Assembly: GCA_012295275.1 (NCBI GenBank) | Contig: CM022671.1 | Span: forward strand, 32,860,001-32,924,000 | Origin: Chrysomallon squamiferum | Taxonomy: Eukaryota; Animalia; Mollusca | Direction of reading: 5' to 3' | Length of the DNA: 64,000 bases | Shown: positions 33,169-47,877 of the stretch, piece after piece | Position numbering within the stretch: the first letter of the stretch is position 1 | Layout of the letters: every line of letters starts with the position of its first letter | Translations under genes and position numbers: made by a program | Notes under the pieces: generated by a model | The model's database searches: none | The model's input: the letters and a program-made list of their open reading frames with translations, nothing else | What the model was told of the DNA's origin: nothing

Positions 33169-36100
33169 GTGTGTGGGTGTGTCTGAGTGCGTAAAACCGA
33201 TTCATCAAAAGTACAGCTATATTAATATAGATAAGCAATATATAATTTACCTCTTGAATCTCGCAGATGACAGAAACGTGTAAACAGATTCATTCGTGAA
33301 GAAACTTGGATCTTGAAATCTTTCCAGCTTCTCTTTGAATGCGACCCATTCTGCCCAAAATGACTTTAAAAAAAAAGAAAAAGAAAAAAAATATTTAACT
33401 AGTGAACATTGGTTCGATGAGAAAACGGTCAAGGAACCTTTTTGTCGAAATAGTAGAATACAATTAATACCATTATGTGTTTATTCTGGTTATTAATATA
33501 TGTTAATCTAAAACTCACTTGAAAAATAACTGTGATATCCAAAGTATTCTGGAACTGCATCAAAATTGTCTCAAAAAACAAAGAATCTGAAACGAAAAAC
33601 GAAACAGATTATGATTTGTTTGAGTTCTTCTCTTTTCAACATTTTATTATTTTTTTTATTTTATTTTTTTTATTTTTTTTTTGTTTTTTTTTTTTTTTTT
33701 CAATTTATTAATTTTTTTTATTTTTTTTTGATTGAGAGATAAAATTATTTTCATCTAATCAAACTTTTGCTGAAAAATTTCGTTTTATTAATTTCTTTAT
33801 GGTGAAAAAAATTAAAAAGATAAAAAGAAATGTATGAAAAAAATCTAATTCTAAAACTTTATGTTATTAAATTAGAATTTGACTTTTTTTCAAAGACTTT
33901 ACAATTTTACTAAATTGACCTAAGAACGGATGATTTCAGATAATGCTCGTTGTTCAAAAAATAATTACTTTATTTTCTTATTATTTACCTTTTCGTTGCT
34001 CTTGCAAATAATTTTTTGTGTGTTTTTTTTTTTTTTTTTTAAAATATCGGCAAAACACTTTGTCACTATATACCTATTATGACGTATTAACTATAATCGA
34101 TAGCAATTATCGTATAGAAATTCAACATGGACTGAACATACCTTTTGTGACGTCATCACGGGATTCCTCGATGATGGTCCTCAGCTGAAAGATGTACTCC
34201 TGGAGTTTATGTAAGGCTTCACAGTCTCCTAGAATCTCGAGGAATATTGATTCGATAGTCTCGAGATTGCGCAGCAATATTCGCTTGTCTTTCTTTGTCA
34301 TATGATGAAACTGGTCCATCTGAAAAAAATAGTAAAAATTATGGTCTAATGTGAAATAGTAAAATCGTGGATGAATAGAAAATAGTAAAAATCATTCGAA
34401 TACGAAATAGTAAAATAGTTAATGAAAAAGAAATAATCAAATATACGAGAATAAAACTAATAAAAATATGTGACAAATGATGGTGGTGGTGGTGGTGGTG
34501 CTGGTGGTGGTGATAATGATGACGATGATGATGATGGTGATGCTCACCTCGTCATCAGACCATTCTTTGAAGAGAGTCAAGATAAACTGGATGAGTTGAT
34601 TTCGAATGTTTTTAACAGTTCGAGTCCACAATGAGTTAAACTCTAGTTGTAGCCTGACAAAAATATATAATAAAACAATTTAATGGTAGTAATAATAACA
34701 GTTATAATACTAACTGATATTAAATGTTATTAAATAGTTTACGTAATGTTTTGTATTTACGAAAATATTAGTATCTTAAAAGTAATAATATTATCTTATA
34801 TTTAGGTAAAAACAAAACAGAAGAAAATTTTATTAAAATTAAACGTTCAAAATTTTTGGTTACTTAAGATTTGTTTAAATAATCGAAATATTGCCGGAAA
34901 GAGTATTTAATGTTGTTACTTTGCAAATTAAATTTAGTTCGATACGTCTGCTTCCAAATTTTCAGACAGTCCAATGTCCTGCCATGCAATACTTTGTTTA
35001 TGTGATGCGGGATAGATGTACTTACTTGACTGCTGATTCCACGGCGTCTTCAAACAGAGGTGGTATAAGAATTAACACAGATTGAACGTGTGATGTGAGA
35101 CCAAACACGTTAGTAACCTTCAAAACAAAAATAAATAACACTTTAAAATGTACCTGTTGTGACAGAAAAAAACATTTTAATAAAAATTCTTTATACTTCC
35201 AACCTATTATTTAATTTCTAAAGAAAGTCTGATAAAATAATACTTAGAAACATTTCAACGCGCCATTTTATTTCTTCACAAACGGAATTGCAATTCATGG
35301 CATAAGACAGCTTTATTATTTCTGACAATAAAAGAATACCCTTTAGAGCAAATCAATCTGCCCTGTAAGTGATGACGTCAGAAACAAAGAGACATGGCAG
35401 TGCTCAGACATTTTAGTCTGAACTTTTCTGTTGTTATATTTTGTTTTTAATTAAGACTGGACAACAAAAAGATAAAGTATAAGATACACTTTAATATTTT
35501 AGTTTTGTTTATATATTATTCTGAAGTCATAACGTATATTAAAAATAAAAATTCATAAATAAATAAATTAAAATTAAAACAATTAAAATTAAAATAAAAA
35601 AAAATAAAATTAAATCAAAATAAATCAAAACACCAAACAACTACAACAACAAAAAACAAAACAAATAGCGAATCAGTCTCCATTCATCTATCTACCTCTC
35701 CAGTTTGTACTTAGATTATTTGTGTTTAAAAACAGTGACAGCACACATACATAAAACGTATTCCTCAGGTGACAAACTTGATCAAACTATTCTTGTTTCT
35801 GTCACTCATCACTTGTTTTATGAAATATTGTTCTGAAGAAAATAATGCCTGCAGACATTGTCAGCTTATTTAAATATTTAACCTAGAAACGTCTTAGACG
35901 TAAGAAAAAAACGTATTTCATTTTTGTAGAATAATTAAGACATGGACACACAATGTTCGCATAGCCAGCGTGTCTTAACAAAGAAACAAAATTTTAATAA
36001 ACCTACTTTATTTGTAATAACTATAACAAATTAGACTGTTACGTATTTATTTGTATTGGCATTGTGGAGCGGGAGATTATGAAATCGGCAGACATATATT

Positions 36101-36449
36101 TATATACATTATTTCTCTTTATCGTAATTCTCAGCTAATGAAAAACATACTTTCCATCTGTTTTTATCTGAGTTGTCTATCAGCAGAAGAGTATCGCCTT
36201 CCAAGAATTCAATCTGAAATCATATGTGAAAAAGAACGCTAAACTTTCAAATTTTAAATGATGAGTTGAAAGTATAAGTGTGATATTACTGACATATTGC
36301 CTAAACTTATTTTGTATACTGCAAAATGATTTGTTAATCGATACAGACCTTTGCTAAAAATAAAGTATAACAATAATAATGATGATGTGAGAATGCACGA
36401 AGGCTGTCGGACACAGAATTATATATATATATATAATATAAAAAAATAA

Positions 36450-36501
<52 letters not shown>

Positions 36502-37407
36502 TATGAATCAAATAAACATAAAGATTGTTCTGAGAATAACATAATTAACTACATGATCATTGAAACAAACAATCTCGATTAAAACATCAACGAATAAATA
36601 ATTGTTTGTGAAATATATACATATAAAATGTTCAAATAAAATAAGCAGTCACCTCTTCAGTCTTGTAGTTCGACAGGGCAATAACTGGGCGTGGTTTCTC
36701 CAGTTCCAACACCCGACACGGCACAGGGACTATCAAACAACTTCGCTGGAAGATTCGGTGTATCTCGCTGCTCCATCGAATGTATCGAGCCGAGAGTGCC
36801 TAAGCATACAATATAACAGCTTTCTGTGTATTTATTTATTAAAATGTACTGTACGCTTGTGAGAAAGTGTCTGAATCCACCAACATAAAGACTTTTTCAT
36901 AATACTAAAAATACATACACGCATAAACCATACATACATACATACATACATACAAATGCAAACATAAATATAAACATATATACATACATACAAATAAACA
37001 CACGCGCAGGCATTCATTCATTCATTCAGACATACATATAAACACATACATGCATGCAAACGTATATACATACATACATACATACACATACACATACGTA
37101 ATATAGGAAGGTGTTTGGTTAGTTGTTCTTGTTTATTTTCTTTGTTTGTTTGTTGTTTATTCCCACGAGTTGAAGCTACGTGGGATTTGTGTGAATTATG
37201 TCAAACTGAAATTATAATTATAATTATAAGGGGGGGGGAAATAACAAATGTATATTTCTGAAATATATTGCAGGTTTTAGATATAACACAGTCAAATAAT
37301 TTGTAATTAACTGAAAATGTCTGAAATCGATCTTGAATCTCTGGCAAGTGTCTTTTCTTTTTTGTGAGTAGTTTTTTAAATGTCTTCTTCTTCCTCGTCT
37401 TCTTCTT

Positions 37408-37438
<31 letters not shown>

Positions 37439-37601
37439 TTATTATTATTATTACTATTATTTAATCTATTTTTATAATTGTCAAAAAGACATGTTTTATA
37501 TAAAAACTTTATTCCAGTTATACAAATTATACAATTTATTAGTTGTATGGATATTTAATTTGTTTTTGCAAACATTTCTACATTCTGCTTATAGTTATAC
37601 A

Positions 37602-37636
<35 letters not shown>

Positions 37637-38600
37637 TGTACATTTATTTACTTTCGTACGAAACGACATCAACACTAGATTAATAATGCATTAATTTTAT
37701 AGCGTTACTTTGAAAATAAATAATATGATCATGGAGGTGCACATGGACTATGTAAGCTGGTTTATGTATATATTTATACATGTACAGATGTATGGATTGA
37801 TGGATGGATGGGTGTATATATGTATATTTTATATTTTTATTTATATAGAAACTGCCTGACCTTTAGTTTCGATTTTATTTCTTGATAAAACTCCTCTTTT
37901 TCTGGGGACGTATTCAGATGAAACGATATTTCATGGGCAGGTAACTCTGTCTTCATCCAGTACAGAGTTTTGTCGACGTCATAGAAAAACTGAAAAGAAT
38001 GTTTTAACAAACACATAAACAATGTAGGTATATGCCAGAAATCCTCTTCTTATTTTCATTAACATTTCTGAAAAACTTAGTAATATCGAGTTAACTAAAT
38101 TTTGTGCCGGTCATAGTAGGATCAGTTCTCAAAAAGAGTTCCGACTGGGCCATTTTCATTTCCATGTAATCGTACTTTTCTGATTTTTCAAATGCCTGAT
38201 TTTTCAAATAAAAATTATTATTGAAAGTGCTATATAGTGCTGATCTATCGAAAATATTTATCATTTATTCTTTTTTTATTTCTTTTATCCAATGTATCCC
38301 TTATCCGAAATTTCGAAATCCGAAATCTTTCCCGAGCAGCAGAAACAGTGATATCTTTCATCTTTCAGATAGTTCTGCATATGTAAACTTTATTTTATGG
38401 ACAAATTTATTAAAAATATTAAATAAGCTGTATATAAAATATAAACGGAATTTTGTTTTTAGACTTAGATCCTATTCTAGTGCGATCTCCTTATATTTTA
38501 AACTCCAAAAAATTACGAAATCCGGAACAATTCCAGTTCCAAAGAATTTCGGATAAAAGATTCTCAACATGTACCTTAAACACACAGACACACACACCCA

Positions 38601-38652
<52 letters not shown>

Positions 38653-39295
38653 ATATACGTTACCTGATGATAGTCAGCCGCGTTCTGTCTGTGTATTTCT
38701 GCACATTTAAGAACTGTTTTTATCCAGTCCCAGTTTTTCTTCGTTGCTGTGTAGTTGCTCTGCAAAACAAATATCAGTAAACATTGTGTCTTTCTACATC
38801 AGGCGTTTACATAGCTACAGTTCAGATTATGAAATTAAAAAAGAGAGAAAGAGACTATTTCTCTAGATGTAATGGTTTGATTCAGAACAGTTTCACATTT
38901 AAAAATAAGTATAAAATGCTCAATTTTGTTTATATTTTTTAATCATCGTAAAGATTTCGTATTTATCAGTTATATCAATTTTTAACAAGATGACAAGTAT
39001 GCCATAACTAAAGGTCTCCATTATTATACTTTATTGTTAGCAAAGGCTGCTCAGCACGACAAAATTACAACTCATCACAGACCGATCTTTGATAATGTTA
39101 AGGTACGACAAAAATAAAACATGTCCACGGCGTTTTTTGGCAGTTTGTTAGTATTAAATATAAATTTCGAAATTATAAGAATTATGTAGACCTACCTGAG
39201 AAGTCTTGGACAAACTTTCTGAAGGGTCCAGTTTAGTTGTTTCAGCCACGGTTACCAAATGCACTGCTCTTCGGTCGAACTCTCCTGATAGATTC

Positions 39296-39340
<45 letters not shown>

Positions 39341-39350
39341 CATAATAATC

Positions 39351-39390
<40 letters not shown>

Positions 39391-41197
39391 CAACAACAAC
39401 AACAATCAACAGTTATAACTGCAAAAGAAACAACAACATTAAATCGGGAGAGAGCGATAACAAGAAAGAGATAATATATGAATTCTGTACAATGATTCTA
39501 ATCTAAAATGTAAAATTATACTCACACAGACTTCAGTTTCTTGTTCTGCTATTTTCATTATGTTGTTCAACGTAGAAATTCTCATTTCAGACAAACCCTG
39601 AATGAGAAACGAAATCAAATAATGCATACATGTATGTATGTGTGTGTATGTGTCTCTGTATATATATATATATGGATAAAATTAATATCCTTCAGCTTTT
39701 CCAGTGTAGCAAGCAGAGTCTATTAAGCATGCGTGAACGGTTTAAGAAAATATCGAATACAACGTTTGCTACAAAAGATTCACTGTATATCTGACAAATC
39801 TGTGACAAATACACAAACCACAACAGAAACACAGAAAGGAAAAAGTTGTAAGGAAAACCAGAGAGTAACAAATTCGGATTATTTGTTATAAAAATGTATG
39901 AAAACCAGCTTATGAATAATAATGCAGTTAGTTGTGTTTAGTTGTTTTTTTTTTTTTTTTTATTCTTTTCTTTCTTTCTTTCTTTCTTTCTTTCTTTTCT
40001 TTTCTTTTTCTTTTATTTATTTTTTTTTTATTTTTTTTTTTTTTTTTTTTTTATTTTACTTATTTGAAGTAAATTAATAACAATTTTTTTTTTTTTTTTT
40101 TTTTTCTGTTTACTTTAGTAATACCTTTTAGAGGTCGAAGTGACCTGCAGAAACACATTTTAATGTTAACGCTTGTTTGGTGTCACACCGTATTATTAAT
40201 GCATTTCGTTACTGATAACATGAAAGATGGGAAAACAAGGTTATCATGTCAGTTAACAGCAAACGTTCTTTTATGTTATGCAGCAATTAGCATGTCACGT
40301 GACACAGTTTTGGAGGATCATAGATAAGAATCCAAGCATTCGTAAAAGTATGATTTACAAAGATAAGTGAATCCCCAGAAAGCACATCGCAATCATTATC
40401 TTTCAAGAAAAAACAAGTTTAAAACTGTCCCTTTTTGAATGTGGCTTTTACATTTTTTTGTTTATTTATTCATATATTTGTTTGTTTACTTGTTGTTGTT
40501 ATTATTATTATTATTATGATTATTATTACTTCTTTGAAAATGAAAGAAATCTGAAGCAAGAAGGCAAATCATTACTAACTACATGTATTGTATAAGACTG
40601 GGGACTGGAACTGTCAAACTACAGTAGTAATACAATACTTTACAAAGTAGATAAAAATCGGCAATCATCTTTTGAAAAGTGTGAAAGAAATCATGTATTA
40701 TTTATATCTTCACCTAACCTTGAAATTCTGAGTACAAAAAAAAAAAGATAACAAAAGAACCTCAAAATGTTTGTGCGTTATTATTCACCAATTTTATCTT
40801 TCATCTTCACCTTACTTTTCTATGAACTTTATTATTTACTGCTTTATTTGTTTGAGAGCGGGCTTAACTCTGGGCTGGATTTTAAAACTGATATATGAAA
40901 GTAGGATCAATCCTTCGTAATCCCTCCCGTTCTAGGTGCAGTATTAGAAAGATTATATGCTGAATTAGCGTTAAAATATTGAATGTTTTGAAAAATATTA
41001 TTTTTTCATAAAAAAAAATTAAAAAAAAAGAAATTCAGATATTACTACTAATACTAGTATTAATGCTACTGCTATTGCAGCAGCCTCTACTACTACTACT
41101 ATTACTAACTGCTACTACCACTACTACTGCTTGTATTACTACAAATAATAATAAAAACTACTTCTACTACTACTACTACAAATATTATTACTACTGC

Positions 41198-41240
<43 letters not shown>

Positions 41241-42656
41241 CTTGTTTTCGAATATATATTTTGACTCCAAATTTACAAATTTTCAGAATGAAGTGACGTA
41301 CCTGAACAAACGATAAACTGCTTTTATTTGAATTTTCCTCGCGTTTCTGTGAGAAGAATAAAAAAAAAAAAAAAAAAATTCAAACACAACAGGAGATTAA
41401 AACAATAATGAATGAAAAAGACGTCAGATTTAAAATTTAAAAAAAATCTGTTCCTGAATATTCAACAGGACACGTCATATAGTCGTATCGAAGCAAAGTT
41501 GCATTCTTAACACAGGTAAAGTTTTAATTTAATTCATATATTATCAATATCAGCGGAAAGCTAACCACGTGCAAATAATTATATCTATTAATTTAATTTT
41601 AACAGTCGTGAAATATAAATTTAATAGCTGTTATCTGCAAAGATGGTCATTAAGAATTTTATATATATATATATAAATTTTTTTAAAGAAATTGTTTTGT
41701 ACATGTTGTAATAAATCATTCAAGAGATACACAAACAAATTCTTAGACAGGAGTGTATGTTGTACGTGATACGTTTAAACATATCTACTGCTTAGGAATA
41801 TTCTTTAAAAAATGTAAAAACGTTTTTTACTAAGAAAACTAATATAGAATAAATATTTCCAAACCATACTTTTGCTGTTTTTCCAAACATTAGAATTTCG
41901 TTAGCACATTCCATGGCCGCGCATTTAGCCTCGTTGATCGCAGTTTGTCCCTGGCCGATAGAAGCAGTGGCGATTTCATCCTAGTAAAATGAAAAATCGT
42001 TTTAATATTCAGGAATAAGGTAATGATAAACAAGACACATGTTTTTAACTGATAACAGAATAAACGTAAAAGAAAAAGCAACACGAATAAAAGCTGATAT
42101 TTGGTGACCAAGAGTTTCTCTTTGCGACTGAAAAATGAGTGTTTGATTGACTGACTGACTGTCTGAGTGAGTGAGTGACTGAATGAATGAATGAATGAAT
42201 GAATGAATGATCTTTCGATTTATATAATGGCTAAATAAATGAATTTAACTGAAAACTTACTAAAAGATTTTAACTAGTTTAACACATAAGACAAAGCCTA
42301 AGCAGAAAAAGCCACAGAAAAAAAAATAAAAAAATAAGGAACAAATGATAACTGTTAAAGATCATAATGTGCCAGCAACGTTTTCTTCTTTAATGAGAAT
42401 ACTGGTTCTCATTCCATTACAAAAATTTTTATCGATTAGCAGCAAGGGATCATTTATATATCGATTCTCATTTATTGAAAAATTGTCTATGCTGTAACAC
42501 GCTTGATTATTACGCTTGGACGGAGAGAAAAACAAACACGTGAATTTAATAATAATTATTTGTATCTGTCAATCCGTTATTTTTGTATGTATAATACAAA
42601 TCTCTTACCTCTTTCTCCGACAGCCACTTCAAAGGCGTTCCCGATTCGTCACTCAT
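32075..42656 (-). CDS. Short plakin-family cytolinker ('mini-plakin'): partial spectrin-repeat plakin domain with SH3, then C-terminal plectin-type repeats; ~768 aa, 15 coding exons
   Basis: Exons 42656-42609, 41980-41870, 41346-41302, 39597-39526, 39294-39196, 38759-38664, 37989-37861, 36799-36653, 36213-36151, 35117-35026, 34653-34548, 34319-34142, 33586-33519, 33363-33251, 33014-32075 are all GT-AG, phase-consistent and open. NWDWIKTVLKCAEIH.QNAADYHQFFYDV and PVIALSNYKTEEIEFLEGD.LLLIDNSD..RWKV...QSVLILIPP align with plectin SR5/SH3. The last exon has IDP..ISIQAAKERGLL and ISIEEGIKQGILD-type repeats. Confidence 0.85.
38286..38573. mobile_element. Non-autonomous Tc1/mariner-pogo (Tigger/MER46-like) MITE remnant in a plakin intron
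   Basis: Left end GTATCCCTTATCCGAAAT (38294-38311) matches the reverse complement of the right end ATTTCGGATAAAAGATTC(TCAACATG) at 15/18. The right end is followed by TA and internal TCCGAAAT repeats are present. The ends resemble the remembered MER46/Tigger4 TIR. Confidence 0.6.
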
Positions 42657-44013
42657 TGTGATCTGAAACAAAAATATTTAACCATGTGCTCATCAAAACA
42701 GAAACAAAAGATTTAGTCTGCAAATATTAGTGTACAGGCGTGTAAATTGTGAAACAAATAATAATATATATTTGTATATTGCTTCTGTTTTTAAACAATG
42801 TTTTTAGCTTCCAAATTTGTACATGCATGATGTTTATAGTTACTTCTAAGAATTTTCCATTTCGTTAGTTTTAATGTGTGATTGAAATAATAACTGAGAG
42901 CGGTTTAAAAGCACGGGTCTCTAGGCTTCTACATATGTTTACATCTACTTAAGTATTTAAAAGAAAAGAATATTTTATATGTTGTTTAATGAAGTACAAA
43001 TGTATTTATACGTACATTCATACCAACACGCACACCACACATATAAGTAAAAAACGAAGACACATACATATTATACATATACACACATATATATATACAC
43101 ACACACACACACATATATACACATGCATATATACATGAACATACATACAAACACATAGAGAGATTCATTCATATATATATATATATATATATAAAATGAT
43201 ACTTCTACCAATACTACTGCAACTACAACTTCAACTACTGCTGCTGCGCCACTACTCCTACAATTTCAACTGCTACTACTAATTATTTATTCTCCTCTTC
43301 TTCCTCCACTTCCTCCACTTCCTCATTTTTGTAATTATTATTATTATTACTAGTAGTAGTAGTAGACGTACTAGTAGTAGGAATAGTAGTAATAGCAGTA
43401 GTAGGGGTAGCAGCAGCAGCAGTTGTAGTATGCTTAACAAATATTCATAAAGTCTTTACCAATATTGTAGTTGTAGTAGTGGTAGTAGTAGTAATATTCT
43501 TTAGACACATATACACAGTTATAAAACACGCTGATCTTCCACTTACGTGTTGCTATGAAATGCTGCAGAAGTGAACGTCCACGCTAAACAAGACTCGCAA
43601 ACACAACCTGTCTGCACAGACAGTCACACAAAAGAGGTGTGTACACCGTTTTCTATTTACTTTGACAACGTTTACTTTAAATTTTGACTGAAACACCCTT
43701 TCATAAGTAAACATCAAAAAAAAAAAAAAAAAAAAAGAAAGAAAAAACCGTTACAAACATTGTCATTTCTCTGTCCTTACGAACATACAAAAGCAAATTA
43801 TTATTTTTTTTTTTTTCGGACTTTATGCATAACCATTTGCAAACAGTGTTAAATCGACATAATAGGTGTTTAGCAAACTTGAAAGTATGGGTTTGTAAAA
43901 CATCCAAAATCAGAAATGTTTATCACAAAAGACCCAATTTTTTTCTTTATTCTCCATATAGCCGAAGTTAGATTTATATAATTCCATAATATATTTTCTT
44001 ATAAAATTTTCGG

Positions 44014-44080
<67 letters not shown>

Positions 44081-44260
44081 AAAAATTGTGAAAATGCATA
44101 AATATATTTATACATACATATATATATATACTTTTTATATAATAGACATATATATATGCATCATACACATGTAGTCATATATACATAAATTCATACAAAC
44201 ACACATAGATATACACACAGATACATACATACCTATGTACACACAAAGGTATATTCCTAC

Positions 44261-44560
44261 CTGTGTAAGAAAAACGTATGTCCTGTCTGTAGTCAAACAG
44301 TAATAAACTACGGGTTTCGACGCTGGAGATTATCTTTTATTCAGCCTAAGAAATCGCTCGCGTTGTTTGTTTACTGGACCATCCAGTAAAACCGTGCTTT
44401 AAGTCTGGACGAATCACCGCTACCTGCTGTCTGAGAAACTTGTCAGATTTGCCCGTCAAACGAGGGCGATAATATCACCAGGTGATGTCGGTTCGCTCGG
44501 CGCAGATGACTAATGAAATGTGGGTTGTGTAGTTCATTATCAATACGTTCTTTTTATGCC
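44261..44560 (-). other. Probable non-coding 5' exon of the mini-plakin gene
   Basis: CpG-rich unique block ending in a CAG|GTAGG donor at 44260. In the frame of the downstream CDS there is a TAA and no ATG after it. Confidence 0.4.
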
Positions 44561-44783
44561 GGAGTTGGTTGTTGAGGTTGATGGAAATGTCGCACGAAGC
44601 ATGCACCTAAACAGGTTGTTAGCTGTAACAAACTGTAGATAACCCTAAGGCACAAAACTAAGTTTCCAGAGAAAAAAAAAAAAAAAAAATGGATAATGAA
44701 ATAAATTTGTGAAGGCGCTTTTGATAAAGGACAGTGACCATGAAGTGCTTTAAAAAACATAGACATCAAATCACATCACATCA

Positions 44784-44888
<105 letters not shown>

Positions 44889-45302
44889 CACATATAAATA
44901 TATATATATATATATATAAAAAAAAGAAGAAAAACTGGTTACTTTCTTAAGATATCAGGTTTAAATTGTTCATGTGGAAGTGCATTCATACTTTCGCAAG
45001 AATAACTAATTACAGTCTTATAATGTCAGCTGTTTATCCTGCAATCTTACATAATAAAAATAAAAAAAATAAAAAACCTAAATGATTTCAACTGGGTTTT
45101 TTTCAACTCACCGCTCTCGAGAATAGCAATAGATTCACGCAGTTTAATATCGTTGACGCCTAAAATAAAACTAGTTATGAAAAAAACCAATTCTTAAACA
45201 GTAACATTTTTTTTTTCTATTTATTAAATGAAAACAGTTTTCAAAACTTTGAGCAATATAATATAATGTGTGTGTGTCTCTGGGTCCCTTTGTGTGTGTG
45301 TG

Positions 45303-45334
<32 letters not shown>

Positions 45335-45404
45335 TGCTTGGGTAAATAACATATAATTTATCAATACTGTATTTCTGGTCTTGTTACTACGAATAGTGGT
45401 TGCA

Positions 45405-45448
45405 CGTTACACACACACACACACACACACACTTACACATACACGCAT

Positions 45449-45485
<37 letters not shown>

Positions 45486-45542
45486 TACTCATACATACAC
45501 ACACACACATACACACACGCATACATACATACACACACACAC

Positions 45543-45575
<33 letters not shown>

Positions 45576-45660
45576 CATACATACATACATACATACATAC
45601 ATACACACACATACATACACAAACATACACACACACCTATATACATTCACACACTAACAC
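45405..45660. repeat. (CA)n/(CATA)n compound microsatellite
   Basis: Read directly from the sequence. Confidence 0.92.
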
Positions 45661-45966
45661 ATATAGGCTATTAAAAAGTAAAGACCTATAGTATAAATGA
45701 CAGATGATATTATAAGGTTCAGCAGTTGCCCTTTGTTACACTAACATTTATTACACAGGAAAGTAGCTGAACAGTAGGTTCAGCTATTCACGACAACTGT
45801 CACTAACGAGATATTAATAATAAAAACACTTTTACTTTCAAAGAATGGTGCACAGCCAACACTCACCTATGAATGGGTTAGAGAAAGACATGATTTGGGC
45901 TTTGCTGTCTTTAGAAAAGTGGATATAAAATGACTACTTGTAGTCACTCGACAGCCTTTATACTTT

Positions 45967-46009
<43 letters not shown>

Positions 46010-46180
46010 TATTATTATTATTATTATTATTATAGTAGTAGTAGTTGTAGTAGTAGCAGTAGTAGTCGTAGTCGTAGTAACAGTAGTAATTGTAACATTA
46101 ATATGTCTGTGTTTCTGATTCATCAACTGTTTTTTTTTTCTCTCTCTTACTCTCTATCCATGATTTATGTTTTACAAAAA

Positions 46181-46223
<43 letters not shown>

Positions 46224-46817
46224 ATGGATATTTACATAAAAAAACTATGGAATCTCCTTTTTCATTTTAATTTTTGTATATTTGTGATAGATTTATGCTG
46301 TTAATTTGACATGATCATATAGTATATGTATTTACAAGGCTGATTTGTCCACAACATGCAGTAGACTTCAAAACATTTCATTTAATGGTTTGTTATTTGC
46401 GTTTATTTTATGAATGTTAATTAAGTAGATCTATCTTAATGGCCTCTTGTTTTGCATAGTATTAGTTGTTATAATTTTATCATGGCATCTTTCATTTCGA
46501 TATCACACCTGTTTCAACTGCATATGAACCTAGAAACAAAATTTTCTACATCAAACTGATAGGATGCTTGTTGGCCCTTAGGAATGATCGCCAGTGACCA
46601 CAAAGAACCGAGATTCACCTCACAAAATTTAGAAAAGTGAAAATATTTATTGATATCTGATTTTGAGCATCCATTATAGTCTAAGGGCAAATTAATTAAT
46701 GCAAATAAGACAAGTTGTAAATGATGAAGGTCTTCCACAACAATATCAAGATTCAAACTGCATAAATTTAAAAACGAAACAGAGGTTTTCGTCATTTTCA
46801 TTTTTACTTCTTTTCAA

Positions 46818-46853
<36 letters not shown>

Positions 46854-47023
46854 AATAAATAGATAAATAATGAAAAAATAAAATAAAAATTTAATAAATA
46901 AAATAAAATAAAGTTGTTTTTTATACTCACTGTTAATCTGAAATTTTTAAAGTACTTATTAGTTAGTTAGATAGTTAATTAATTCATTTATTTATTTATT
47001 TCTGTTTTCTGTTTTCTTTTTTC

Positions 47024-47058
<35 letters not shown>

Positions 47059-47249
47059 TTCAGTTTTTATTTTATTTTATTTTTTATTTTATTATCTTTT
47101 TATTGCCATTCTCCACTTTATACCGTCATACGATAATAACACAGTCAGATTTGGGATGGCCCGATACTAAATTGGGATTATATAGCTGCAGGTAGCGGAA
47201 ATTCCTCAACATCCGCAATAACAGGAAATTGTATTTGTTGGTTCTTGGC

Positions 47250-47673
47250 ATGGAGTCGGTGTCATCAGCAAGCACCGTTTGTGCATGTAAAGGCATACGG
47301 ACGTGTTTGGCGTGTGAAACAAATAAACTTTCATTACTGGCAAATAAAAAAACCGTAAGTCCTAAATCTGATTAGACAAAACTCTATACTTTTAATATAT
47401 AAAACATGAACTGGGAGTAATCGAAGGTTCAATCATTCACAAACAATCACAGTAACTGAGTAACTTCAGTAAAAGTAACAACTTAAACAAGTTGAAGTTG
47501 TTAATAATTAATATTCATTATATTATTATATTGGTGCCAGAATATGGATCAGATATTGACCGATCATCGTGAATTGCTGAAAAATAATATAAAAATTATC
47601 ATAGAGTCGATAGACTATGATAGAGTATTTAACACTTATATTTATTGTACGTCGCCAATAAGTTTCGTTAGTG

Positions 47674-47736
<63 letters not shown>

Positions 47737-47833
47737 GGCAATAATATAATTTAATTTCTGACTTTAAGATTAAGTCATTCTTGTTATTGTTATTAAGCAA
47801 TTTCATTACACAAATAATTTAACTGAGGGACAA

Positions 47834-47877
<44 letters not shown>

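Noticed and set aside
42517-42530. TGGACGGAGA matching the 5' end of miR-184
   Set aside because: Only 10 nt match and there is no precursor hairpin; no remembered conserved miRNA was found in the window.
44370-44390. Perfect 9-bp hairpin TTTACTGGA-CCA-TCCAGTAAA
   Set aside because: One short inverted repeat in 64 kb is unremarkable without other support.
46931-46937. 7-nt minus-strand microexon (TTTCAG|ATTAACA|GTGAGT)
   Set aside because: Good-looking splice sites but no identifiable partner exons; such matches are frequent by chance in AT-rich DNA.
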